DNA of 64,000 nucleotides from Mytilus trossulus (Eukaryota): NCBI RefSeq assembly GCF_036588685.1, contig NC_086380.1, positions 27,590,001 to 27,654,000 of the forward strand, read 5' to 3'. Shown piece by piece: positions 38,582 to 50,088 of this stretch (position 1 is its first letter; each line of letters starts with the position of its first letter). The notes under the pieces were generated by a model. It saw only the letters and a program-made list of their open reading frames with translations, ran no database searches and was not told where the DNA came from. The position numbers and the translations under genes were made by a program.

Positions 38582-38904
38582 TTACTTGATTGAAATCTTT
38601 TAATCATTGTTTGGAATACGTTAAAAAGTGAAATCCACCATAATGATTTGAATTGACAAGTATTAGAATGAACCTTGTTGTAGTAATTTTGTTGTTTAAA
38701 ATACTATACAGATAAATCAACTTGCTTTGAAAATGTGTACAAATCGAAGGAACAAAGTATCGTCCGTGGGACAACAACTGCCTGACAAAAGCGTGTGACA
38801 TTAGAATTTATATTTTGATATCATTTATTTCAACTTGTATTTCTAGCTGTATGATAATTATTGTTTGTACAATATGTATTAGATAAAATACAAAGGTAAC
38901 AAAG

Positions 38905-39043
38905 AAACAGGCTGGTAACAACCGTTGCCGGATAGATTCTGCACGAGTAGTAATGTCAAGATCCAAGGCGATAGCCGAGGACCTTGACCTGACTAAAAGT
39001 GCAGAAAAACTATTCGGCTGGTTGTAACTGGCCTGTTACTTTT
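38905..39043. repeat. Long hairpin (palindromic repeat)
   Basis: AACAGGC.GGTAACAACC...TCTGCAC...GTCAAG arms pair around CCAAGGCGATAGCCGAGG. Confidence 0.55.
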
Positions 39044-39503
39044 GTTTTTCAACTGACTTGTACGACGTTTCAAAAAAGTAATAATACTTTAAGCAAGACT
39101 TAACATTTGAGAAATTTTGATAGCCATAAAGTAGTGAATGTAAAGTTATAGTACAAACACATTTATTTTCATTTCTCTTCAAGAAAAAGAATCAAAAATT
39201 TAATAATTTGTTAAAAAAAGAACTATTTCAAATAAAAGATAAATGTTGTACATATTTTTAAGACCTTTTAAAATGCAACTTCGTAAAAAAGTGATATATT
39301 AAAGAAATATTTTAGTGATAAATAAGGTAACGTTTGATTTTTATTAACAAAACGGAAAAGGGGAGGGAGAGGGGCTTATTCATTTAAAATAAACAGGCGG
39401 TGATCTTTAAACTTAATGACAAAATGCAGGATGTACCATTCCATCCCCCTATTTCCCTTTTAAAAAATCGTACAAATGTTGCCAAATACATGAATTTAAT
39501 ATG

Positions 39504-39623
39504 CAGTGGTGGGGGTTCCGGAGGTTGAAACAATTGTTTTTTTACGATCAATGCATTTATAAGGGGACATAAAGTTGGACCCTCACCTGTTTTGTCCAGG
39601 ATTTGGACTTGGATCCTCCACTG
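39504..39623. mobile_element. Short MITE (CAGTGG...CCACTG termini)
   Basis: A related copy at 42374-42523 shares the internal CGATCAATG.ATTT..A.GGGACAT. Confidence 0.5.
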
Positions 39624-40383
39624 ATATAAATTCGATAACAATATAAAGGTTTCAAAATAATGAATTTCCTACTTCAATAGTGAATGAAATTTTTTTATGA
39701 AGACAAAAATGAATTTTGTCTTAATATTATATATATTCAGGCATATAGTCTGATTTTTTTAATTCATGCTCGTCTCTAGATTGGGATTAAACACGTGTTA
39801 CTATATGATCCAATCGCTGCCTACCGCCTAAAATTGATGACATAAGTTGAATGATTTTTTTCTAAATTTGCTGCCAATCAGAAGTGGGACATTTAAAGAC
39901 GTATCGTATCCGTTTCTGATACGTTGACGTATCTGAAAAAATATCTATGTGTTCGTGTTAGATTATTTTCAGGTCTAAATATGTCTCTCTATGTTTGATA
40001 TCTTTCTTCATTTATACCCATTACTACACTCTTTTTATTACATGATAGTTTTCAATTTATGAATACTCGTGTATATGTAATCAATCGATATTTAAACCAT
40101 CACCACTTCTCCGTCGTGAATTTAAGATTTATGAGTCCTTCTGTAGCCATGTGTATTACGAAAATGTGTAATAAAATCAAAACAGCAATGACACAATAGA
40201 GATTTGCCATATTGTGCATATATAATACAAAGGAAACATCGTTCAGAAGATCGGGACTTTGTGGCAAATATATTAAAATCTACAGACTGGAATAAAGAGA
40301 TTTTTAATATAAAATTTTAAACATAGTTTACACACTTTTTAATGTGCTAGCGTTTATTGTTAACAAAAAGTCATTAACAACTA

Positions 40384-41273
40384 CAAGGGGTACAATCAAA
40401 ATCGCGTGATGGATATACACACATCGGAAGTAACAGGCGAGCAGACCGCTAGAAAGGTAAGTAGTCGTATTAACTCGTTTATAGATATAGGAAGATGTGG
40501 TGTGAGTGCCAATGAGACAACTCTCCGTCCAAATAACAATTTAAAAATTAAACCATTATAGGTTAAAGTACGGCCTTCAACACGGAGCCTTGGCTCACAC
40601 CGAACAACAAGCTATAAAGGGCCCCAAAATTACTAGTGTAAAACCATTCAAACGGGAAAACCAACGGTCTAATCTATATAAACAAAACGAGAAACGAGAA
40701 ACACGTATATATTACATAAACAAACGACAACTACTGTACATCAGATTCCTGACTTAGGACAGGTGCAAACATTTGCAGCGGGATTAAACGTTTTAATGGG
40801 CCCAAACCTTCTCCCTTTTTCTGAAACAATAGCATAACATCACAACATATAAAAACATACGATAAAATATCAATTAGCAGACTTAACTCAATCAAAAAAC
40901 GTATGATTACACAAAGAATTATGTCAATAAAATTTAATAAATAAGGTAGTGCACCGAATGTCGGATACTATCTAGTTTTGAAATACACCATTATCCTTGC
41001 TAGGAAGCGTGCAGTTAATGCTAACACTTCGACACAGTTCCAAAATTTCACTAGATATCTGTGTCGAAGTGTTTGCAATAGGTGCACGCTTTCTAGCAAA
41101 AACAATAGTGTATTTTAAAACTACATACTATCCGATACTCGGTGGGCCAGCTTATTAATCAAAATTTAATTGATATAAACAAGAAAATGCAACTACTAGC
41201 CTTTCAAGCGGCGAGTTCGACTGTAACTTCCGGTGTGTGTATATCCATCACGTGATTTTGATTGTACCCCTTG
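40384..41273. mobile_element. Palindromic MITE with 5-bp TSD, interrupted by a family-A SINE-like repeat
   Basis: AACTA|CAAGGGGTACAATCAAAATC...GATTTTGATTGTACCCCTTG|AACTA. The arms pair through to the centre near 41050; insertion at ~40481-40921. Confidence 0.75.
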
Positions 41274-41865
41274 AACTATTCAAAAACAAAACTTGTATTA
41301 AGTCCGAGATTAAGTCACTAAAGTCGAGCGCACCCTAGAATATGTACTTTACTACATATTTGAAAAAAGGATTGCCTGCTACATTTTAATTTCTAAGTTT
41401 AGTTTAATGGTATTAGTAATCAATTCGACTCATATGATGTTGATGATTCAATTCCATTTTATTAGCAAATCTAAAGTAAGTGTATAAATATTATTAACGT
41501 TACCTTTATTTGTTTTAAATTTCAACTTCACGCCTGGGTAGTTCTAGTGATTTAAATATCAAATTTCAAAACATATACAAGTATATAGATTGACACGGAA
41601 ATCACGTGATTGTTATGTGTGTGATAATGTCAACTTCTGTTGTCGTCCGTGCAATGATTATGTTTTCATAATTGTATAATAAGTACTGAAATGAATAGAA
41701 ACATCACCTTTAGCGCAATAAATATAATTAAGTCCAGATTTTGACATACAATACAAGAAGCAAGTATATGTTAACAGAACTAATACATAAATTCAACAAT
41801 AATTCAACATACATTATTTATACATCAGAAATGAAAGAGATAAAAAATATACATTGCAGTTTCCT

Positions 41866-41948
41866 TCTCTCCCAATCTCTTTTCCCGTTTCCTTTTCTCC
41901 CAATCTCTTTTCCCGTTTCCTTTTCTCCAAATCTCTTTTCCCGTTTCT
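41866..41948. repeat. Pyrimidine-rich minisatellite, about 3 copies
   Basis: TTCTCCCAATCTCTTTTCCCGTTTCCT tandem. Confidence 0.8.
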
Positions 41949-43339
41949 CGATTACTAGTACTATTTTTACAGCACGTAAATAATTACTTGAATAATAACC
42001 CATATCTACGTTTGGATACGTCAGCGTATCAGATACGGATACGATACGTCTTTAAATGTCCCTCTTCTATTTGGACGTGTATTACATGAACACTTTTTGT
42101 TTATAGTATCAATCGGGCATTGCAATTTGGTGAGTTGATAGGGATTTTATCTTTTGATATTAGATTTGATTTTTAATTACTTATTTCCTGTCTTACTTTT
42201 ATTGAAAAATACACGTCAGTATCATCCTTTCTTTACTTTAGCAAATACTATTCACGTCCATATATTGAAGAAAACATTTTTTGACCGAATATTTTGCTTC
42301 ATAAAGGGTGCGGTGTGTTCTATGTTTGAGTATATTAACTATTTACTTTTCAACGCCATCCCCCAAATGTTTTCATTGGCGGATCGAGGGGGTCCGGGGG
42401 TTGGACCCTCCCTTTTTTGGCCGATCAATGAATTTGAAAGGGGACATATAGCTGGAAACCCCGTCCCCCCGGCCCTGTCCTGTGTAAGGAACACCCCTTA
42501 AAAAATGGCTGTATCCGCCCCTGGTTTTTGTGTAAATAAGCACTATTAACGGTATTCGGAAAATCAGGAATCTTGCAAAACATTAATTTGTCATCAGCTT
42601 GACCTGATAACTGTTTTCTCATACAATTTGGGATCAAAATATTTATTTTAGGAGAAAACCCTCCACTATTGGAGTTAAATGTCCAATCCCTTAGTATTCT
42701 GATATGAATAGTATTTACCTGGAAATGTTTGAAAATCGATATTGATGGTATCGTAAATATTTTGTTCATACAAAAGACAGGAAATAAGTCGGTGAATCTA
42801 AAGGTTCAAATTTAATTGAAAGTTAAAGTGTTCATGAACTCACTGATCATGCACGAGTGATTCTATTCATAAAAAGTGTCCGTGTAACAACTAAAAAGCG
42901 TTCTTGTCTAAAAAGTGTCCGTGTAAAACCCGTTAATATACTATTTTTCTATATAGCTCTGCGAGGGGCAAAGTCGTACAATACGTTTTGTAACTGTAGG
43001 AATTTAGTAAATTTGATACATTTAGTGTAACTAAGTCTTCAGTTTTTTATATAGTGTAGATTTAAGTTGTGAACTTTGGTTGTCTTTTTGTCATCTTTCT
43101 ATTGGTTTTCTTTTGTAATTGTCAGTTTTTCATCGGCATATTAGCTGGCGTATCACCTTGGTATCCACAGTTTGTCTTTTGTGCTTTTTATTTATGAATT
43201 TCAAAAAAAATATGTTTTTTGTGTGAGTGTGTTAATGTGAATCTCCACTTGTTTTCGGTTGTTTATATTTGTTTTGGCTTTTAGAATAAAAAAGAATGTT
43301 TTTAATTTCTAGAATTACAGGACTTATTAAGGTCATGAT

Positions 43340-44092
43340 AAATAGGATAGAATATAAGAGTTTAGAATAGAATAAAATAAAATAGAATAAAAGAATAGAA
43401 TAGAATAGAATAGAATGGAATTGAATAGAATATAATGGAATAGAATGGGTTCCAATCTGCTCCATCACCCTCTCAGCTATGTGTTATTTAATTTATTATA
43501 CTGAATGTCCTATCATTATTGGCTTTTACAGATTACTTTTATTTTAAAAGTATTTTCTATGACGTCACGTTCTTAACAACGTTACAGGCATTAGAAAAAA
43601 AAAGTCAAGAAAGACGTTTTATTTTATCTATTTTAACAGTCGATAATAATAGCATCTGAGCCAAAACATAGAACTTAAGCATTGTATTTAATTCTTGATG
43701 TAAATTCAATTCATTGTTCTTTGAATTATCGATTTCTGATTTGTCTAGACAAGAGGATAACATTAAAAAAAAATTGTCACCCGCTCAGCCATGTGATAGA
43801 GTAAGTTGACACCCTCGTTTTAGCCAATCAAAATATTGCATTTTAACGTAAAGTATAATAAAATAGAATAGAATGGAATAGAATGAAATATAATGGAATA
43901 GAATGTAATAGAATGGAATAGAATGGAATGGTATGAATGGAATAGAATATAATGGTATGAATGTAATAGAATGGAATGGAATGGAATGTGATGGAATAGA
44001 ATACAATGAAATAAAATGAAATAAAAAGAAATAATATATAATAGAATGGAATAGAAAAGAGAAGAGAAGAGAAGATAAGAATAGAATAGTAT
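43340..44092. repeat. (AATAG/AATGG)n microsatellite tracts flanking a copy of the 26850-27345 element
   Basis: Pentamer tracts at 43340-43446 and 43855-44092. Confidence 0.85.
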
Positions 44093-44363
44093 ACATGTAT
44101 ATCTATATACCAGTACTGGTCAGAATAAGAGCCATTGAAACAAATGATAAAACTACTATAGATGCATTCGCTATTAAATTGTTTATATTTATATATTATC
44201 AGACCAGAACTCTTTAATTCAAAGTATTTGCCAATATAACATTCTTTTTCTAAGAAAAAACAATACATATTCTTGCGTCAAGAACCATACAAATCTGTTA
44301 TATGTGCATATGCTTGCGGCGGTAAATAATTCGAAAGTTTACATTCTATGACTTTTTTTTCAG

Positions 44364-44386
44364 CCGCAGCAACAACAAATAAGAAG
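44364..44386 (+). CDS. Prokineticin/astakine-like protein, exon 2 (23-nt micro-exon)
   Basis: TTTTTTTTCAG|CCGCAGCAACAACAAATAAGAAG|GTAAAC. Converts phase 1 to phase 0, exactly as needed between exons 1 and 3; encodes (T)AATTNKK. Confidence 0.65.
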
Positions 44387-44963
44387 GTAAACGTTTTGCT
44401 ATTCTTATATTTTTGCATTTGATTCAAATTCGATGTGAATTATTGATTTTACAAGATATTGATTGATGAAAACAGAAGTTAACTGCCATCGAAATAACAT
44501 CAAAACACAGATAGCATGTTAAATTATAATACAAGAACTAATAACCAAAATGATATATGACCTACATGTGTATGAAATACGACGTCAAACACAGGCTATA
44601 ATTGTATACTATTATCATAACTTCTTGTGTAGAATTTAAAGTTTAGTTTGATGGCCATTATCACTGTACTAGTATACATATTTTTAGGGGCCAGCTGAAG
44701 GAGACTACGTGTGAATTATCGCTACATTGAAGTTTTGTTGGTGGCCTTCGTCTGCTCTATGATCGGGTTGTTGTCGCTTTGACATATTCACCATTTCCTT
44801 TCTCAATTTTATTCAATAGTGGTACAAACACCTAAACGAAATTTTATTCTGATCAGATGACAATTCAATTGATTGATTATTGAAATACCATATATATCTA
44901 GCGTCAGCGTCCTGATTTTGTTCTTTGTCTTAATATTATGTTTGATGAAAAAACACATTTCAG

Positions 44964-45096
44964 CCTATAAAATGCAATACCTCAAAAGAATGTGGATTCA
45001 ACCAATGCTGTGCCGAACGTCAAACACTAAAAGGAAGGAAAAAGAGATCCACGGACTATATCGGGACTTGTAAACCTTTTGGCATAGAGAAATCAG
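44964..45096 (+). CDS. Prokineticin/astakine-like protein, exon 3
   Basis: ATTTCAG|CCT...TCAG|GTAC; PIKCNTSKECGFNQCCAERQTLKGRKKRSTDYIGTCKPFGIEKS. Confidence 0.85.
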
Positions 45097-45100
45097 GTAC

Positions 45101-45241
45101 NNNNNNNNNNNNNNNNNNNNNNNNNNNNNNNNNNNNNNNNNNNNNNNNNNNNNNNNNNNNNNNNNNNNNNNNNNNNNNNNNNNNNNNNNNNNNNNNNNNN
45201 NNNNNNNNNNNNNNNNNNNNNNNNNNNNNNNNNNNNNNNNN
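45101..45241. other. Assembly gap (141 N) in intron 3 of the prokineticin-like gene
   Basis: Run of N. Confidence 1.
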
Positions 45242-45537
45242 ACAATAAGAAAATCATTTTTTCGAGACATCAAGTATTTTCTTAATCCAGCCATAATTAC
45301 CTTAGCCGTATTTGACATATTTTCTTGGAATTTTGAGTCCTCAATACTCTTCTTCTTTGTACTTCTTTTGTTTTATACCTATTTTGTTCTGAGCGTCACT
45401 GATAAGTCTTATGTAGACGACACGTGTGTCTGGCGTATTAAACATCATAAGTCTGTTACATTAGATTAACATGATAGACTACTTTCCAAAACTAAATCTA
45501 CTCATTTATATATTATCAAGGACGTTATATTTTGTAG

Positions 45538-45657
45538 AATGTCTCGTGAGAAATCAAAATGCCACTTTTAGAGCCGGGTTCCTTATTTGGTGTCCATGTA
45601 GCAAACCATTTGATTGTATTGGATTAGGGTTTAATAATCCACCGTATGGTGAAGTGG
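45538..45657 (+). CDS. Prokineticin/astakine-like protein, exon 4
   Basis: TATTTTGTAG|AA...GTGG|GTAAGC; (E)CLVRNQNATFRAGFLIWCPCSKPFDCIGLGFNNPPYGEV. Confidence 0.85.
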
Positions 45658-47427
45658 GTAAGCAATTTTGGAACATTTTTATATTGGGACAAGTTATGTT
45701 TATGTTCCATTTGGTTGAAAATGTGAAATATTCTTGTGATACTTTCCTGTATTTTAGAAGTTGAATGTTAGATGATTGGATTAATACCTCAAAACTGCTT
45801 TTCTGCTTTCAACGATATACATTTATATGACGAGACCAAATTAAAACACGTGAGACTTCTTTCGATTTCCAGTCAGGATATACAGTCAGGATCAACCAAA
45901 CATGATGAAGAGACCACTTGTATGAACAAGCTGCTGTGTTATACAATTAAAACCATTGGTTTAAGAACATGCATTGAAATATCACCTGTCTGTTTAGATC
46001 TAGTTTTCCGTATAGTGGTCCCGTTATGTAGATTGTACTATGACTCGGTGTAATACAACTTTTAGCACTTTTGTACTAAGTTTGAATGACGTAATACAAT
46101 ATGGGTTTTTTTTAAGGAAAAGACAATGGTGAGCGTAAACATATTCTTCAATATTAACCCAAATAGATGAAATAGTCTTACACAAACGATATGTTGTAAT
46201 CTGTATCTCAATTTGTACCTAAATAAGGGTAAAAACGGTCAAATTCACACACATTTCATCAGCATTTGTCTTTTTCACTTTTTTAAAGAAGATACACTCA
46301 ATCCTATCAAACTTAATTGGCCGTATGGTGATTTATAGTTGTTAATGTTTGTGTCATTTTGGTCTTTTGTGGAATGTTGTCTCATTGGCAATCATACCAC
46401 ATCTTCTTTTTTATATTCAATATAATTATATTATAATTTAACAGGTGCAAGATCTTGCTAGTACTTATGCTTGCCAAACAAAAGCAACATACACACTACA
46501 TGAATATAATTAAAAACACACAAGAACAAAGTTTTCAACACAAAGAAATAACAAAATGCTACACGGGCATTTCTTGGACCTATTACAGGATGCATTGATG
46601 TTATAATGACAGAATTTATAGTTAGTTTGGTGAGAAAAGAAAACAGAATTCTGAATATCTTTGGTTTAATATGCATTTAGTCCAACGTCAGTGATACAGA
46701 CTATTTAGAGCCTCTACTGGTATATAGATTAGACTGTTGGTTTTCCCGTTAAAATGGTTTTACAGTAGTAAATTGTGTGCCCCTTTATAGCTTGTTGTTC
46801 GATGTGAGCCAAGGCTCCGTGTTGAAGGCCGTACCTTGACTTATAATGGTTTACTTTTATACATTGTCAATTTGGGGAAGAGTTGTCACATTGGCACTCA
46901 TATCCCATCTTATTTTATATAAAAACGCATTATCAAAACAACATCTTGATTTCTTATTAAATGTGAATAGATTTATTCAACAAAATAGCCTGAATAACAA
47001 GCCGGTACTCCATGACTGTGAATTAATTAAGTAAGTATCTTTTAATCGAACAATGGTCTTCATGCAATCCATTTCCACAAATTATATTGCAATATTGTTT
47101 TAAGCTGACCAAAGTCATGCGTACAACCAGACCGTATTTGTTTTATTTCTATTAAAGAGATATTTCAGATAACATGGACGCTGTACAAAGACAAACAACG
47201 ATCTTATTTGAATCAATCATATTAACTATACACTATAATACTACGCTCAATTTTGAAGGCAGAACGGTGACCTATAGTTGTTTTATATTGTGTGATTTGG
47301 TTTCTTGTTGAGAGATGTCTCATTTGTAATCATACCACATCTTATTTATATAATTATGCATGATTGGCGTTTCAGTGGTGTATGCTATATTGTGTTGCTA
47401 AATCTTGATTATGTTTTTATATTGTAG

Positions 47428-47495
47428 GGGTATGCAGATATAGATTTAAAGATAGGCTGAATGATCGTCTTTGTTTAAAAGATGGTCAATGCTAA
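47428..47495 (+). CDS. Prokineticin/astakine-like protein, exon 5 (terminal)
   Basis: TTTTTATATTGTAG|GG; (G)VCRYRFKDRLNDRLCLKDGQC* supplies the 10th framework Cys as G-x-C. Confidence 0.65.
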
Positions 47496-47644
47496 TGAAC
47501 ATTACTTATTAAATAACTTATTACGTATTTAATTATTTCGTTAAAATGTTTTTCGTGCACAGTATATAGTGCATGCTGTTAATACAATGGTTTGTCGTAT
47601 TCCTATACTTTTGTTGCACTTTGCATCAATTTTTATCAACATAT

Positions 47645-50088
47645 CAATTTAGTATTGCACCTGTTAAATACCTTTATATTTTTGGTCATTTCCAAAAACA
47701 ATTATATGTATTTCTGTCCAATCAAATTGTCCAAATTCTTTAAAAAATAAACTACGAATGAAAGAATAAATCGAAAGAAAAGTTGAATAGCCGTGTAATC
47801 GTCTGTTTACTTTTAAACATAAAGCTTGACGATACACCATCCTTTTGATCTTTTGAGATCATTTTGTAACTAAGCAAAATTATGAATCATTGACGCACTA
47901 ACATACAGTTAAACATTCAAATATATAGGTTTAAAACAAACTGACAACGCTATGGCTAAAAAAGAAAAAAGACAAATGAGTTACTTTTATAATTCGTGAC
48001 TTGGAATTCTCTAATTGGCACTCGTACAATATCTTGTATATCTAAATAATAGTTCACAAGACACAACGTAGAAAACTGAAAGCAAAACAACACAAACCCC
48101 ATTAAAAACTGAGGGATTGTCACAGGTGTTCTGGAAGGGTTAGCAGATCCTTCTCCACATCTGCTTCATTTTTTAACTGTTTGATAGTTGTCTCAATTGC
48201 AATCATGCCTTTTATGTATTTCCTTATTTTACATTATTTGATGTATGGTTTACATTTGTCCCCTTGTAAAATTAAAAATGTGAAACGGAGTTTGAATTCA
48301 GGGTAATCAGGTTTCACTAGCATCTATTTTTTAGAGTCATGCTGCAGTTAAGTCTGCTTGTAACTGTGAAGAATTTTAAAATAACCAGCCTAATCAGGTC
48401 ATGTCAACACATGAATGCGGAGCTTATGAATTTCTTTTGGTTTCAGAATTACCCTGTTTGAACACACAATGTCAACTCTTTCAAACAAACTTTTCTTTTT
48501 ATCAGGAGTCATATATACTTGACCTCGTAACCGTTTGACCACTCGGCAGATTGATATTAATTTTACTTCTTGAATTGGCATGTAATACCATCACAATACG
48601 TTAAGTAAACAATAATCAATCACCCATACTGGTTAATTCACATTCGTAATACCGATTTTGGATTATATTTTCCTATGTTTATCGTTCTAAATAGTTTACC
48701 ATAGAAGTCTAGATAACTGTGATTTTGATTGTATTAGCTATTACATTTACATTTTCTGAGTAAACACCTACGTAGCAAATATATCCTTTTCTTTTATTGG
48801 TCACGGTCTGCACTGTTTTCCTCGTTTATGACTTAGTTTGTAACGTTTGGAATATATATACTATTTTATGAATATTTCACTCATATTTCCTCCTACGTGA
48901 CACAAAAAACAATACAGGCATATCATGTACCGGAAAATTCACATATGAAAGATAGGTTTAAGTTGGTATTTTTTTTAAGGTTAGTTCATTTATATGTTTC
49001 GAGGTTATGTGTTACGACCATTTTTAGTAACTAGTATACATTGTTATTTTGAAGTCAGCTGACGCCCGTTTACAAGTGCAGGATTGTCTCACTGTGTTGA
49101 AGTCCAATTGGTGTAGTTGGGCATGTTTACATTTTTTGTCAGGTTTATGTCTCTATTTACCGTTTCCATATTCCTTTTTTTGTGCCTAGTATGCAAATAA
49201 CGAAAACCAAGGTTAAAAAAAAGTAAATAGCTCCTGAATGGAAGTTTAAAAAAACAGAAAGATAAAGACAAATACATTATTTAACAGACTACACATATAA
49301 CGAAAATAAGAACCTGCAATTATTCCACATCTCTTTAATCATGTTCATGTTTCTTCTCATTTATATTAAGTGCTTCACTAGGTTTATCCATCTCAGGTCA
49401 ATCAATGACACACTTGCATTACGAAGCATTCAACATCTTAAACATAACACTATAAGTAGAGTTACAAAAAGGACAATTATTCAAAATCTACCATTTTATA
49501 TCAAAACATTTGACTTGTAATTGCTGAATTTGTTTGATATACCTTCATGCAAAGATATGAAATTGAAGAATAACTTGCACCCTTTTTCTACACAAGAAAA
49601 TGCCTGTACCAAGTGAGGAATATGACGGTTGTTGTCCATTAGTTTGATATGTTTATCTTTTGGTTTTGTCATTTGATAAGGGACTTTCCGTTTGAATTTT
49701 CCTCGGAGTTCAGTTTTTTATGAGATTTTACTTTTTGCCGATGATATCGATTGATGAAAATAAATCTTAGATATGAAACCACAGAATAGGGTGGTCGAGT
49801 TGACAGAGTGAGAAGAGATTGGTTAACAGAATATCATGTATAACAAGTTAATCTTCTGATGAATAAAAGTATTCGTCCTATATCTTAAAAGATCAAAAGG
49901 ATGATGTATCGTCAAACTTTATGTTTAAAAGTAAACAGCCAATTACACTTTTCTTTCGATTTATTCTTTCATTTGAAGTTTTTATCTTTAAAGTATTCGG
50001 ACAATTTGATTGGGCAGAAATACATAAAATTGTTTTTGAAAATGACAAAAAAATATCAAGGTATTTGACAGGTGCAATACTTAAATGA
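47645..50088. repeat. ~210-bp inverted repeat pair (47645-47857 / 49884-50088)
   Basis: AGTATTGCACCTG...CATCCTTTTGATCTTTT and its diverged reverse complement. No TSD resolved. Confidence 0.75.

Larger units (their letters stand above)
39874..42074. mobile_element. TIR element (~60-bp TIRs) hosting nested insertions
   Basis: GGGACATTTAAAGACGTATCGTATCCGT.TCTGATACG.TGACGTATC at 39886-39932 and its reverse complement at 42015-42062. Confidence 0.7.

Noticed and set aside
43232-44268. Hydrophobic Y/S/I/L/F-rich ORFs on the minus strand
   Set aside because: Translations of the (AATAG)n microsatellite.
45758-46460. Alternative terminal exons for the prokineticin-like gene (EVEC* at ~45758, GARSC* at ~46445)
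   Set aside because: They do not give the G-x-C ending that the exon at 47428 provides, and the 46445 acceptor is weaker; kept as lower-probability options.
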